Part shown: one piece after another, positions 48,469 through 58,926 of the stretch
Layout: the number at the start of each line of letters is the position of its first letter
Numbering within the stretch: position 1 is the stretch's first letter
Virus record (IMG/VR): IMGVR_UViG_3300044733_000695
Coordinates: 9,029 to 73,028 of that record
Reading direction: 5' to 3' (one strand)
DNA length: 64,000 nucleotides
Source: a virus
The notes under the pieces: generated by a model
Seen by the model: the letters and a program-made list of their open reading frames with translations, nothing else
Databases searched by the model: none
Told to the model about the DNA's origin: nothing
Position numbers and translations under genes: made by a program

Positions 48469-51104
48469 TGGCCAACGTCAACGGCACCGAGATCGACCTG
48501 ATGCCGACCGATGGGATGCGCACGGAGGCGCAGCGTTATCGCGACTGGAAGAGCGAAGGCCAGCAGGGCGGCACTGAGGTTGCTGCGACTAGGGCCAGCC
48601 AGATTTTAAGCGGTGATGAACTGTCGCCTGACACTGTCATCACAATGGCGGCGTGGTTCGCGCGGCATGAGGTGGACAAACAAGGCGAGGGCTTCAGTCC
48701 TGATCAAGATGGCTATCCGTCACCGGGCCGTGTCGCATGGGCGGCATGGGGCGGCGATGCTGGGCAGAGTTGGTCGAATGGCAAGGCAGATAGAATCAAG
48801 GCATTACAAGAGAGAAGCGCTGTGGAGATGGAGCGCCCCTATCCGAATGAGCACGCTGCGCGATTGAAAGATCCCGGGCAGTATGACTCGCTGCGCCGTG
48901 TGAATGACGAAGGCGGCAACGGTGTGGATTTCATCTATGGGATCAAGGAAGGCGAGAGCGAGGTACAGGCGATCCGGTTCCGCAGCTCGGTTTTTACCGT
49001 TGATGAGGCGCGCGCGTGGCTGGCTGATCATGACTTCGAGCCGATCGAGTTCGAGGAGGCCACCGGCGATGGGCAGGCTGATCGCGCCGAACCTGGCAGC
49101 CTGAGCGTTGGCGACTTCGTCCGCTGGGATTCAAGTGGCGGCACTGCTCAGGGCCAGATCGAGCGGATCGAGCGCGATGGCCAGATTGATGTGCCGAATG
49201 CTGATGTGGTCATCAACGGGACCCCGGATGATCCAGCAGCGCTGATCCAGATTTTTCGAGAGGTTGATGGCAATTGGGAGAGCACGCCAGTCCGTGTGGC
49301 GCATCGCTTCAGCACGCTGAACAAGATCGACGCCCTGCGCTCCATGCCTGGCATCGGCAAGCACCAACGCGCCGAACTGACCACCTTCGACGAAGTGGAG
49401 GATCGGACCTATGAGTTCCCCTTCAGCTCTGAGTTCCCTGTTGCGCGCTACTTCGGCAACGAGATCCTGAGCCATGAGGCTGATGCGGCAGATCTGAGCC
49501 GTTTGAACGATGGCGCGCCGCTGCTGTTCAATCACAACCCTGACCGTGTGATCGGTGTGGTTGAGCGCGCGAGGATCGACAGCAAAGGACGGCGCGGCTA
49601 TGCGCGGGTGCGGTTCAGCCGCAACCCGTTCGCTCAGGAAGTCCTAAGCGACGTGAAGGACGGCGTTCTACGGAACGTGTCCTTTGGCTACTCCATCGAC
49701 AAAATGGAGGAGCGTGGCAGCGGCGACTATGTCGCTACTGCCTGGGCACCTTACGAGGTGTCGATCGTCAGCGTTCCCGCTGACAAAACCGTGGGCATCG
49801 GCCGCGCGTTGACGCCCACAGAACCCGCTGCTTCGGCAGCACCATCCCACGATCCCATTCCTTCAATGGAAACCAACACCACCGATCTGGCCGTGGTGCG
49901 GGCCGAAGCCATCGAGGCTGAGCGCACCCGCATCGCTGAGATCTCCGCCCTGTGCGACAAGCATGGGATGGGCGATCTGGGCCGCCAGCTGGTCGAGTCT
50001 GGTCGTTCAATCGACGAGGCCCGGGCTGCTGTTCTTGACAAAATGAACATTCCCCAGGAACCCGTCACCATGAGCGCCGCCGATCTCGGCATGAGCGAGA
50101 AGGAAGCCCGCAGCTTCTCCTTCTTGCGTGCCATCAACTATCTGTCCAACCCGACCGATCGCTCGGCCCGCGAGGCTGCTGCGTTCGAGATCGAAGCATC
50201 TGAAGCCGCTGCTGCCAAGCTCGGCCGCCAGTCCCGTGGCATCACCATCCCTCAGGATGTGTTGCGTCGTGACCTGAACGTTGGCGCTGCCACCGCCGGC
50301 GGCAACCTGGTCGAGACCATGCTCGACGCTGGCAGCTTCATCGACCTGCTGCGCAACGCTTCGGCACTGGATCAAGCTGGCGCCACCGTGCTGACCGGCC
50401 TGACCGGCAACGTCGCCATCCCCCGCCAGTCGGGTGCTGCCACCGCCTACTGGGTGGCTGAGAGCGGCGCTCCTACCGAGTCGCAGCAGACCGTGGATCA
50501 GGTCAGCCTGACCCCCAAGACCGTGGCTGCTTACACCGACTACAGCCGCCGTCTGATGATCCAGTCCTCCATAGACGTGGAGAACATGGTTCGCACTGAT
50601 CTCGCCAGCGTTCTGGCGCTCAAGATCGACCTGGCTGGCCTGTATGGCACAGGTAGCAACAGCGAGCCCCTGGGCCTCAAGTTCACCACCGGCATCGGCA
50701 CCGAGAACTTTGCAGCTGCTGCTCCCACCTTCGAGGAAGTGGTGGCACTCGAGAGCGACGTGGCAACCGCCAACGCACTGCTCGGAAGCCCTGTCTACCT
50801 GATGAACGCTGCCATGCGCGGCGGCCTCAAGACCACCAAGAAGGACGCCGGTTCCGGCATGTTCGTCATGGAGGGCAACGAGGTCAACGGTTACCGCGGC
50901 GTGCTGTCCAACCAAGTGGCAGCCGGCGATCTGTGGTTCGGCAACTTTGCCGACCTGATCATCGGTTACTTCAGCGGCCTCGACATCATGGTTGACCCCT
51001 ACAGCAACAGCACCAGCGGCACGGTTCGCGTGGTTGCTATGCAGGATGTGGACATCGCCGTCCGCCATCCTGAGTCCTTCAGCCGCGGCGCTGACACCCT
51101 CTGA
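48468..51104 (+). CDS. Multidomain prohead protease-major capsid fusion
   Basis: LLFNHN, NVSFGY, EVSIVSVPAD protease motifs; HK97-fold capsid from about 49866; about 300 aa of extra N-terminal domains. Confidence 0.9.
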   Translation: MANVNGTEIDLMPTDGMRTEAQRYRDWKSEGQQGGTEVAATRASQILSGDELSPDTVITMAAWFARHEVDKQGEGFSPDQDGYPSPGRVAWAAWGGDAGQSWSNGKADRIKALQERSAVEMERPYPNEHAARLKDPGQYDSLRRVNDEGGNGVDFIYGIKEGESEVQAIRFRSSVFTVDEARAWLADHDFEPIEFEEATGDGQADRAEPGSLSVGDFVRWDSSGGTAQGQIERIERDGQIDVPNADVVINGTPDDPAALIQIFREVDGNWESTPVRVAHRFSTLNKIDALRSMPGIGKHQRAELTTFDEVEDRTYEFPFSSEFPVARYFGNEILSHEADAADLSRLNDGAPLLFNHNPDRVIGVVERARIDSKGRRGYARVRFSRNPFAQEVLSDVKDGVLRNVSFGYSIDKMEERGSGDYVATAWAPYEVSIVSVPADKTVGIGRALTPTEPAASAAPSHDPIPSMETNTTDLAVVRAEAIEAERTRIAEISALCDKHGMGDLGRQLVESGRSIDEARAAVLDKMNIPQEPVTMSAADLGMSEKEARSFSFLRAINYLSNPTDRSAREAAAFEIEASEAAAAKLGRQSRGITIPQDVLRRDLNVGAATAGGNLVETMLDAGSFIDLLRNASALDQAGATVLTGLTGNVAIPRQSGAATAYWVAESGAPTESQQTVDQVSLTPKTVAAYTDYSRRLMIQSSIDVENMVRTDLASVLALKIDLAGLYGTGSNSEPLGLKFTTGIGTENFAAAAPTFEEVVALESDVATANALLGSPVYLMNAAMRGGLKTTKKDAGSGMFVMEGNEVNGYRGVLSNQVAAGDLWFGNFADLIIGYFSGLDIMVDPYSNSTSGTVRVVAMQDVDIAVRHPESFSRGADTL

Positions 51105-51310
51105 TGTTGATCGAGGTCCTACGGCAAACGATGCTGGCGGGCCGGGTGGTTCGTGTTGGGGATGTCATTGAGGCATCCCCTTCCGACGCCAAGCTATTGA
51201 TCGGCATCGGCAAAGCAATCGAGGCCGCCGCCCAGGTGGCCGATGTGGTTGAGACTATTGCTCAGCCGCCCCGCAAACCATCATCCCCTCGACGGAGGGC
51301 GAAACCATGA
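51104..51310 (+). CDS. Small head-associated protein
   Basis: GDVIE...AKLLIGIGKA; follows capsid. Confidence 0.6.
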   Translation: MLIEVLRQTMLAGRVVRVGDVIEASPSDAKLLIGIGKAIEAAAQVADVVETIAQPPRKPSSPRRRAKP

Positions 51311-51696
51311 CCATTCACAACCTCGGATCTAAAACCGATCTGCTCGAGCTGCATAACAATGCAGTGGTCGCATCGACCGGCGCTGGCACACCCGCCAACG
51401 TTGACCTGGTCGATTACGAAGGCGACGTTGCCTTCATCATTGACGCAGCTGCCGCTGGCTCTGGCGTCACCCTGACCGCCAAGATTCAGCACAGCAACAC
51501 CACCACCGCTGGCGACTTCGTCGATGTGACCGGTGGCGGCTTCACTGCTGCTGCTGCTAACACCGCCTTCCAGGAGAAGATTTACCTGAACAGCAACGAC
51601 CTGCGTCGTTATGTTCGCGTGCTCTTCACGGTGACCGGCGGCACTGGCACCGGCGCTGTTTCCGTGGTCGCTCTCGGCTCGAAGAAGTACAGCTGA
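51307..51696 (+). CDS. Putative capsid cement/decoration protein
   Basis: KIQHS...RRYVRV beta-rich; highly biased codons. Confidence 0.6.
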   Translation: MTIHNLGSKTDLLELHNNAVVASTGAGTPANVDLVDYEGDVAFIIDAAAAGSGVTLTAKIQHSNTTTAGDFVDVTGGGFTAAAANTAFQEKIYLNSNDLRRYVRVLFTVTGGTGTGAVSVVALGSKKYS

Positions 51697-51974
51697 TGGC
51701 GATCACGGAAGATCTGGACATCTTCCTGGCAGACTTCGGCGTCAGCTGCACAGCTGGCGCCGTTACTGCTAATGGGATTTTGGACATGCCGAGCCAGATC
51801 CTGAGCGATGGCATGGTGCTCAGCACTGACTACACCTTGACGGCACGGGCATCCAACTTCGGCACCTTGATCCGCGGCAGCTCTATCACGGTTGATGGCG
51901 CGGCCTACACCGTGCGCGAGACGATGCTGATCGATGACGGCAAGTTTGTTCAGATCGCTTTGCAGAAGACATGA
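51696..51974 (+). CDS. Head-tail joining protein (gpFII-like)
   Basis: FLADFG...GILD...ITVDG...Y...DDG. Confidence 0.7.
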   Translation: MAITEDLDIFLADFGVSCTAGAVTANGILDMPSQILSDGMVLSTDYTLTARASNFGTLIRGSSITVDGAAYTVRETMLIDDGKFVQIALQKT

Positions 51975-52609
51975 GCAGCCCCTTCAAGGTCAACACACGC
52001 AGCCAGTGGGCAACGCTGAACCCGGTGCTGATGGCCGGCGAGCCTGGCCTTGAAAGTGACACCAGCAACCTAAAGATTGGCAACGGCCGGTCGCCATGGT
52101 CAAGCCTGCCGTATCACGGCTGTCCTGGCTATTGGGGCTCTTTCTGGGATGGCACATCGCAAGTGGCGGCGCTGGCTAACACGGCCTACGCAATCAAGCT
52201 GCGGCAAGCTGACAACGCCAGTCGGGCCGTAAGAATCATCTCAGACGGCCGCATCACGGTCGATCACGCTGGCGTGTACAGCCTCACGTTCTCGATCCAG
52301 TTCAGCAATACGGACAACGAAATTCACGACATCAACGTCTGGTTGCGCAAGAACAACGAAGGCAGCGCTGGTGACGTGCCGGCCAGCGACAGCCGATTTA
52401 GCATCATCGCAAGGCATGGCAACGTTGACGGCAACGTGATTGGTTGCGTTAACTTCGTCACTCCCCTGGCCGCAAACGACTACATCGAGCTGATGTGGAT
52501 GACCAGCAACGTGGCGGCGTACATCCACGCGGAGCCAGCTGAAACCAGTCCGCCGCATCCCAGCATTCCTGGGATCATCTGCACTGTTGTCCAAGTCGCA
52601 TCGGCTTAA
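51971..52609 (+). CDS. Virion appendage protein with Mtd N-terminal-like motif
   Basis: WATLNPVLMAGEPGLESDT...KIGNG...W..LPY, then a beta-sandwich-like domain. Confidence 0.6.
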   Translation: MSSPFKVNTRSQWATLNPVLMAGEPGLESDTSNLKIGNGRSPWSSLPYHGCPGYWGSFWDGTSQVAALANTAYAIKLRQADNASRAVRIISDGRITVDHAGVYSLTFSIQFSNTDNEIHDINVWLRKNNEGSAGDVPASDSRFSIIARHGNVDGNVIGCVNFVTPLAANDYIELMWMTSNVAAYIHAEPAETSPPHPSIPGIICTVVQVASA

Positions 52610-52612
52610 GCC

Positions 52613-53044
52613 ATGGCCACCAAACGCGAGACCATCCTGGCGGCGATCCGCACGGCGTTAACCAATACAACTGGCGTCAGCACGCGGATCTACCGCAGCC
52701 GCGTCGAGCCGTTAACCAGAGGCGAGCTGCCGGCAATCGTGGTCGAACCGATCAGCGACACGGCCGAGCAGAACACCAGCCTGCCGACGCTGGACTGGAC
52801 GCTGACCGTTCGGATCTCGGTGATCGTCCGCGGTAACATCCCGGACCAAGTGGCTGATGCAACAGTCGAAAGCCTGCACGCCAAGGTGATGGCCGATCTC
52901 ACCCTTGGCGGCAATGCCTACGATGTGCAGCCCGTTTCGGTTTCTTTTGATCTGGTCGAGGCTGATCAGCCAAGCGGTGTGATCAGTTGCGACTACGCTG
53001 TCAGGTATCGGACCAGAGTGGCCGATCTATCCCTCAGCCCGTAG
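52613..53044 (+). CDS. Tail terminator (gpU-like)
   Basis: RETILAAI...LPAIVV...ADLTLGG; before tube. Confidence 0.72.
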   Translation: MATKRETILAAIRTALTNTTGVSTRIYRSRVEPLTRGELPAIVVEPISDTAEQNTSLPTLDWTLTVRISVIVRGNIPDQVADATVESLHAKVMADLTLGGNAYDVQPVSVSFDLVEADQPSGVISCDYAVRYRTRVADLSLSP

Positions 53045-53170
53045 CAGCTACGATAATGGACGAACACAAAGGCCAGGGCGGCAGCTATCTGGTCGATCCC
53101 AAAACCGGCAAGCGAAAGCTCGTCGAGCGGACCCAGCCGGCCCCTCATCCAACCTCCGAGGTAGCCTCCG

Positions 53171-54109
53171 ATGGCATCAGTTCTGACTCGCCGACGCCTG
53201 ATTCTGGCGAAGATTGAAAGTACATACGGGACCGACTCTTCGCCGACCGGCAGCAGCAACGCGATCCTGGTGCGCAATCTTGAGATCCAGCCGCTGGTTG
53301 CTGACACGGTGAACCGCGATCTGGTGCGGCCGTACATGGGCCAAGCCGATCAACTGCTGGCGCAGGTTCGCGTTGAAGTCAGCTTTGAGGTTGAGCTGGC
53401 CGGTTCTGGCACTGCTGGCACCGCCCCCGCTTATGGTCCGGTGCTCCGCAGCTGCGGCCTGAGCGAGACGCTGGTCACCAGCACCAGCGCCACTTACGCG
53501 CCCGAGAGCGCTGGCTTTGAGAGCTGCACCATTCACTACCACGAAGACGGCATCCGTCACAAGCTGACGGGCTGCCGCGGCACCTTTGAGATCACCGGTG
53601 AAGTTGGTCAGATCCCTGTCATCGCGTTCACGATGACCGGCATCTACAACGCCCCCACGGACGAGACTCTGCCGACCCCCACCTATGCCAACCAAGCGGC
53701 CCCGCTGCTGTTCAAGCAGGGCAACACAACCAGCTTCGATATCTTCTCCTATAGCGGCTGTATGCAGTCTTACAGCTTCTCGATGGCGAACGATGTCATC
53801 TATCGCGAGCTGGTCGGCTGCACCAAGGAGATCCTGATCACCAACCGCGCACCTAACGGCACCGTTGTGATCGAGGCCCCAACCATCGCGGCTAAGGACT
53901 TCTTCACGGCAGCCACTGGCAGCAGCACTGGCAGCATTGACTTCCAGCACGGCACAACTGCAGGGAACATCGTCACGATCACGACCGCTCAGTCTGACCT
54001 GGGCAACCTGACCTACAGCGATCAGGACGGGATCCAGATGCTGAACATCCCCTTTATTGCGGTTCCGACCAGTGCAGGCAATGATGAGCTGTCAATCGTC
54101 TACACCTGA
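53171..54109 (+). CDS. Tail tube protein, phage B
   Basis: 312 aa; ILAKIESTYG, ELAGSGTAGTAP, GNDELSI. Confidence 0.8.
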   Translation: MASVLTRRRLILAKIESTYGTDSSPTGSSNAILVRNLEIQPLVADTVNRDLVRPYMGQADQLLAQVRVEVSFEVELAGSGTAGTAPAYGPVLRSCGLSETLVTSTSATYAPESAGFESCTIHYHEDGIRHKLTGCRGTFEITGEVGQIPVIAFTMTGIYNAPTDETLPTPTYANQAAPLLFKQGNTTSFDIFSYSGCMQSYSFSMANDVIYRELVGCTKEILITNRAPNGTVVIEAPTIAAKDFFTAATGSSTGSIDFQHGTTAGNIVTITTAQSDLGNLTYSDQDGIQMLNIPFIAVPTSAGNDELSIVYT

Positions 54110-54114
54110 TCCGC

Positions 54115-54459
54115 GTGGCATTCGTCCTAAAAAAGTCTGGCTCTTACAGCTGGCCGGTCCATTTCGACATTCCAGTCGATGGCGGCCGCTTTGAGCGCCA
54201 GACCTTTGACTGTGAGTTCAAGCAGATCTCTCAGACCCGCATCCGGGAGATCAGTGAAGGCATCGGGTCCGATGGCATGACTGATGGCGATGTGGCCGCC
54301 GAAGTCTTGGTCGGATGGTCTGGCGTTACCGATGACAACGGTAAGGACGTGCCATTCAGCCAAAGCGCTTTGGCAGATCTGCTGGAGGTTCCAATGTTGG
54401 CTGGCGCGATCGTGCTGGCTTACTTCGACAGTCTGCAGGGAGCCAAGCGAAAAAACTGA
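54115..54459 (+). CDS. Tail assembly chaperone (gpG-like)
   Basis: Ends in slippery A AAA AAC at 54450-54456. Confidence 0.8.
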   Translation: MAFVLKKSGSYSWPVHFDIPVDGGRFERQTFDCEFKQISQTRIREISEGIGSDGMTDGDVAAEVLVGWSGVTDDNGKDVPFSQSALADLLEVPMLAGAIVLAYFDSLQGAKRKN

Positions 54460-54785
54460 TAGAGGCCGCCGAGCATTGGGCAGGTGGCAGCGTCGTCGAT
54501 CAAACAGCCGACGATGCGGCCGCCTTTGGCCTTGCCTTGCCTGATCCGGAGCGGCCGCAAGATCTCGACTTTGAAGTCCTGCCAGAAAACTGGCCTACGA
54601 TCCAGATGTTCTTGCGCGTCCAAACTCAATGGCGCACAGCCATGAACGGCTTGGTCGGACTTGACTATGGTGCAGTTGAGTGGCTCTTTAGACTGTATGC
54701 AGTGGACGACCCACGCGCGCTGCTGGAGGGGCTGCAAGTGATGGAGGCCGCCGCCATCGTAAAACTTAACGATCAGGGGAAATGA
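54456..54785 (+). CDS. Chaperone -1 frameshift extension (DUF1799/gpT-like)
   Basis: -1 frame open from 54456; ENW...TQWR...GLDY...LQVME. Confidence 0.75.
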   Translation: MIEAAEHWAGGSVVDQTADDAAAFGLALPDPERPQDLDFEVLPENWPTIQMFLRVQTQWRTAMNGLVGLDYGAVEWLFRLYAVDDPRALLEGLQVMEAAAIVKLNDQGK

Positions 54786-54786
54786 G

Positions 54787-57126
54787 ATGGCGCTGAACCG
54801 TGACGCGGCATTTCGACTTAAGGTCAACGTTGACGGCGCCAACCAGATCAGCGCGTTCAGCCGCAGCCTGAAGGGCCTTGAAGGCACGGCTCAGTTGAGC
54901 AAGACCCAGCTGGGCCAGATGAACATCCAGATCAACCGCATGGCGCGGGAGGCTGGAAATACGACCGCAGGGATCCGGCAGCACATCGCAGCACTGACTT
55001 CGTTGCGCGATCGTGTTGAGCTGAATAGCAAGGCGTATCAGCGACTAGGCAACGACATCGATCGCTTGCAGGCAAAGCTGAGGGCAGCATCAGACGTCTC
55101 GGCAGCGGGCGGTGGCGCAGGTGCGTTGCAGGGTCTTCAAGCGCTCCCCGGGCGCCTGGCAGCAGTTGCAGCTGCCACGGCCGGCATCGTGTTGGCCACG
55201 CGGTCAATCGTTGACACCGGCATCGCGGCGATCGAGTCAGAGCGTCGCCTGCGTTCTCTGAGTCAAGGCTTCGACGCTTTTACGCAAGTTCAGTATGCAG
55301 CCGCCCAAGCCGCTCAAAGGTTTGGCATCACTCAGACTCAGGCGAATCAAGAGTTTGCGCAGATCTACGCCAGGCTCCGACCGATCGGGTTGACCCTTGA
55401 CGAGATCACGACGGTCTACAACGGCTTCAATACCGCGGCAAAGCTGAGCGGCACCAATGCACAAGAAGCTGGCGCTGCATTCCTGCAGCTGAGTCAAGGA
55501 TTGGGGACTGGGGTTCTGCGCGGCGAAGAGCTGAACAGCGTCTTTGAGCAGACGCCAGTGGTGGTTCAGGCGATCGCCAAGGAGATGGGCGTTGGCGTTG
55601 GACAGATCCGTGAGCTGGCCAAAGAAGGGAAGATCACCAGCGACATCGTCATTGATGCCTTGCGCAGCATTGAGAGGGATGGGGCATCCAAGTTGGAAGA
55701 AGCACTGAAGGGTCCCGAGCAGCAATTTAGAAACCTAAGCATTGCTGTCGAGGATCTGAAGTTGACGGCTGCAGATTTTGCATTGCCGGCGATTATCTCT
55801 GGCGTTCAGGCATTGACGTCTGCCGTTCGCTTTTTGAATGACATTGTCAAAAGCGTCGACTGGGACCTAATTGGTCGTGCATTGGCGCAAGCCGGTCCAA
55901 TCGCGACCGGTGGCGGATTGGCAGACATGCCCCCAGCTGGACAGCGTCGCATGACGAGGCGGTCGATGGGGCCTGCATTGACCCCTGACATCATCGCGGG
56001 AGTGCAGGCACGCAGCGCAGCTGGCAGGCGACGGCCGCGCGCAGCAGCTGGCGGCGGCGGCGGCGGCGGCGGGAAATCCGCAAAAAGCGAAATCAGAGAG
56101 ATCACGCAGGCAGAGCTGGACGCCAGCATCAAAATCAACGCAGCCCGTTTGGCAGAGAACGAACTGCTTGTGGCACAGGCTCAGTTTGATTTGAGCATTT
56201 TAGAAATCGACAAGCAAAAACTAGGAGTCAGGGCAAAACAAAAAGAGCAAGGCGAGGCGATCAACCGGTTGCAGATGGCAGAAGTTTCGGCCGCAAAAGA
56301 ATTGGGCTCGGCAATAGCGCAGGACTTCCTCGAGAGGACAAAGCTGCAGGAGAATTACAACCGCACAGTCGAAGATCTGGAGATTAAAGCTGGCATAATT
56401 ACCGGCGAAAAACTTAAAGAGCTGGAGATCGACCGAGAAGTTAAAGTTATTCGCGAGCAGTTCCCAGCCCTGACTCAGGCTCAAATTGACAAGATCCGCG
56501 GATTGATTGTTGCCAGTAAAGAAGTTAAAGACAGCTTCCGGGATACATTTGGCGCCAGCCTGAAGGAATACTACCAACAGCTGACCAACTTCGGCACGCA
56601 GGTGGCCGATTCGGTGAAGGGCGCGTTCCAAGGGCTTGAGGATCAGCTGACCAGCTTCGTTACGACCGGCAAAGCAAACTTTGCAGACCTGGCCAACAGC
56701 ATCATCCAAGACATCGCCCGGATCGCGATCCGACAAGCGATCATCGCCCCCTTGGTCAAAGGCGTGGGCGGCATCTTTGGTCTCAAGTTTGCCGACGGCG
56801 GCATGTTCGCTCAGAACGGAATCCAGAAGTTCGCCCGCGGTGGCATCGTTGACAAGCCGACCCTGTTCCCGTTTGCCAATGGCACGGGCCTCATGGGTGA
56901 GGCTGGCCCGGAGGCGATCCTGCCGCTGCGTCGTGGTCGCGATGGCCGGCTCGGCGTCGAAGCTGGCGGCGGCGCTGGTGGCATCAACGTCACCGTCAAC
57001 GTGGACGCAACAGGCACGAAAGCTCAGGGCGACGACGGCCGTGCTGGACAGTTTGCCCGCGCGATCAGCGAAGCCGTCAAGAATGAGATCGTCACCCAGA
57101 AGCGCCCCGGAGGACTGCTCGCATAA
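54787..57126 (+). CDS. Tape measure protein, phage B
   Basis: 779 aa; QLSQGLGTGVLRGEELNSV; MGEAGPEAILPL. Confidence 0.9.
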   Translation: MALNRDAAFRLKVNVDGANQISAFSRSLKGLEGTAQLSKTQLGQMNIQINRMAREAGNTTAGIRQHIAALTSLRDRVELNSKAYQRLGNDIDRLQAKLRAASDVSAAGGGAGALQGLQALPGRLAAVAAATAGIVLATRSIVDTGIAAIESERRLRSLSQGFDAFTQVQYAAAQAAQRFGITQTQANQEFAQIYARLRPIGLTLDEITTVYNGFNTAAKLSGTNAQEAGAAFLQLSQGLGTGVLRGEELNSVFEQTPVVVQAIAKEMGVGVGQIRELAKEGKITSDIVIDALRSIERDGASKLEEALKGPEQQFRNLSIAVEDLKLTAADFALPAIISGVQALTSAVRFLNDIVKSVDWDLIGRALAQAGPIATGGGLADMPPAGQRRMTRRSMGPALTPDIIAGVQARSAAGRRRPRAAAGGGGGGGGKSAKSEIREITQAELDASIKINAARLAENELLVAQAQFDLSILEIDKQKLGVRAKQKEQGEAINRLQMAEVSAAKELGSAIAQDFLERTKLQENYNRTVEDLEIKAGIITGEKLKELEIDREVKVIREQFPALTQAQIDKIRGLIVASKEVKDSFRDTFGASLKEYYQQLTNFGTQVADSVKGAFQGLEDQLTSFVTTGKANFADLANSIIQDIARIAIRQAIIAPLVKGVGGIFGLKFADGGMFAQNGIQKFARGGIVDKPTLFPFANGTGLMGEAGPEAILPLRRGRDGRLGVEAGGGAGGINVTVNVDATGTKAQGDDGRAGQFARAISEAVKNEIVTQKRPGGLLA

Positions 57127-57461
57127 TGGCCACCTTCACCTACACGCCCAGCTTTGAGGCGACCGAGATCAGCAAGCCGCGCGTCGTCACCTTCCAGGCT
57201 GGCGACGGCTACCAGCAGCGCGTCGGGTTTGGCCTACATCGCGATGGCAAGGAGTGGCAACTGCAGTTCCTGAACCGGGACGACACCGAGCGTGACAACA
57301 TCCTTGCGTTTCTCGAGGCCCGTGCTGCTGTCGAGTCGTTCGACTGGACGCCACCGCGCGGCACCGCTGGAAAATACATCTGCAAGGAGTGGCAAGCCAC
57401 GCTGCGGTCCTGCAACTTCAACAACATCAGCGCCACCTTCGTCGAAGTCTTCGAGCCTTAA
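57126..57461 (+). CDS. Distal tail protein (gpM-like)
   Basis: GDGYQQR...SFDWTPP. Confidence 0.88.
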   Translation: MATFTYTPSFEATEISKPRVVTFQAGDGYQQRVGFGLHRDGKEWQLQFLNRDDTERDNILAFLEARAAVESFDWTPPRGTAGKYICKEWQATLRSCNFNNISATFVEVFEP

Positions 57462-57464
57462 GCC

Positions 57465-58202
57465 ATGGCTATCCCAGTCTCAGAGCTGCAGAAGATCGCA
57501 CCCAGCTCGGTGATCGAGCTGTTCGAGCTGCAGCTGATCGCCGCATTGCATGGCAGCAACACGGTCTATCGGTTCCATGCCGGCAGCAACATGGACGCGA
57601 ACGGCGAACTGGTCTGGGATGGCAACGCATACCAGCGGCTGCCGCTTGAGATGGATGGGTTTGAGTACACCGGCAACGGCCAGTTGCCGCGACCGAAAGT
57701 GAAGGTGAGCAACGTGCTCGGCACGATGAGCACCATCCTCGCAACCGTGAACGCGGTCACGCCCAACAACGACCTGGCCGGCGCGAAGCTGACTCGGATC
57801 CGCACCATGGCGCGGTACATCGACGGCGCTAACTTCCCCGGCGGCACCAACCCCTACGGCACGCCAGACCCGACCGCAGAGTTTCCGCGCGAGATCTACT
57901 ATCTGAGCCGCAAATCAACCGAGAGCCGGCAGCTGGTCGAATGGGAGTGCGCTGCGGCGTTTGATCTGGCAGGCGTGCGCGCACCAAAGCGGCAATGCAT
58001 CAGCAGCATCTGCCAATGGGTCTACCGATCCACTGAATGCGGATACACCGGCAGCAACTACTGGAACGCCAGCGACCAACCGGTCGGCACGCTTGCCTTG
58101 GACGTTTGCGGCAAGCGGCTGAATAGCTGCAAACTGAGGTTCGGATCGACCGGGTCGCTGCCGTTTGGATCCTTTCCTGGCATTGGAGCATTCACCTCAT
58201 GA
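57465..58202 (+). CDS. Minor tail protein L
   Basis: VIELFEL, LPRP, Cys cluster. Confidence 0.9.
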   Translation: MAIPVSELQKIAPSSVIELFELQLIAALHGSNTVYRFHAGSNMDANGELVWDGNAYQRLPLEMDGFEYTGNGQLPRPKVKVSNVLGTMSTILATVNAVTPNNDLAGAKLTRIRTMARYIDGANFPGGTNPYGTPDPTAEFPREIYYLSRKSTESRQLVEWECAAAFDLAGVRAPKRQCISSICQWVYRSTECGYTGSNYWNASDQPVGTLALDVCGKRLNSCKLRFGSTGSLPFGSFPGIGAFTS

Positions 58203-58918
58203 GTTGGCGCGACGCGGCAATGGATCACGCCAAAGCCGACGACCCGCGCGAGGCATGTGGGCTGGTGGTGGTGGTCAAAGGCCGGCGACGGTATTGGCCT
58301 TGCCGCAACCTGGCGATCGATGCAGAGCAGTTCATCCTCGACCCGGCCGACTTCGCGGCGGCCGAAGATGCAGGTGAGATCGAGGCGATCTTTCACAGCC
58401 ATCCGATCACACCAGCAGAACCAAGCCAGGCGGATCTGCTCAGCATCGAGACCAGCGGGCTGCCGTGGCACATCTGCAATCCGAAAACAGGCGCATGGTC
58501 AGAGACCGCACCAAGCGGCTACAAGGCGTTGCTGATCGGCCGCGAATGGGTGTGGGCGGTTGCCGACTGCTGGACGCTGGTGCGCGACTGGTACGGCCAG
58601 CATGGGATCAAGTTGCCGGATTGGCCGCGGCCAACCACGCCAGCAGAGTTTGAGGCGGCGCCGCAGTTCGACCAATTCTGGCGTGATGCAGGATTCCGTG
58701 AGCTGCTGCCAGAGGAGGATCTGCAGTTCGGTGACGGTCTGATCATGAGCATCGAAGGGCAGGGCCTGAATCACGTCGGCGTGTACATCGGCGACCAGCT
58801 GGTACTGCATCATCTACGCGGTCGGCTGAGCAGTCGTGATCTGTACGGCGGCTGGCTGCAGAAATGCACGGGCAGGCGGCTGCGGCATCATGCCGCCGAT
58901 ACACTGGTTGCAGGCTGA
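58199..58918 (+). CDS. Tail tip assembly protein K (JAB + NlpC/P60)
   Basis: EACG, HSHP...SQAD; DCWTL...NHVGVY. Confidence 0.9.
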   Translation: MSWRDAAMDHAKADDPREACGLVVVVKGRRRYWPCRNLAIDAEQFILDPADFAAAEDAGEIEAIFHSHPITPAEPSQADLLSIETSGLPWHICNPKTGAWSETAPSGYKALLIGREWVWAVADCWTLVRDWYGQHGIKLPDWPRPTTPAEFEAAPQFDQFWRDAGFRELLPEEDLQFGDGLIMSIEGQGLNHVGVYIGDQLVLHHLRGRLSSRDLYGGWLQKCTGRRLRHHAADTLVAG

Positions 58919-58926
58919 AGCTGGCC

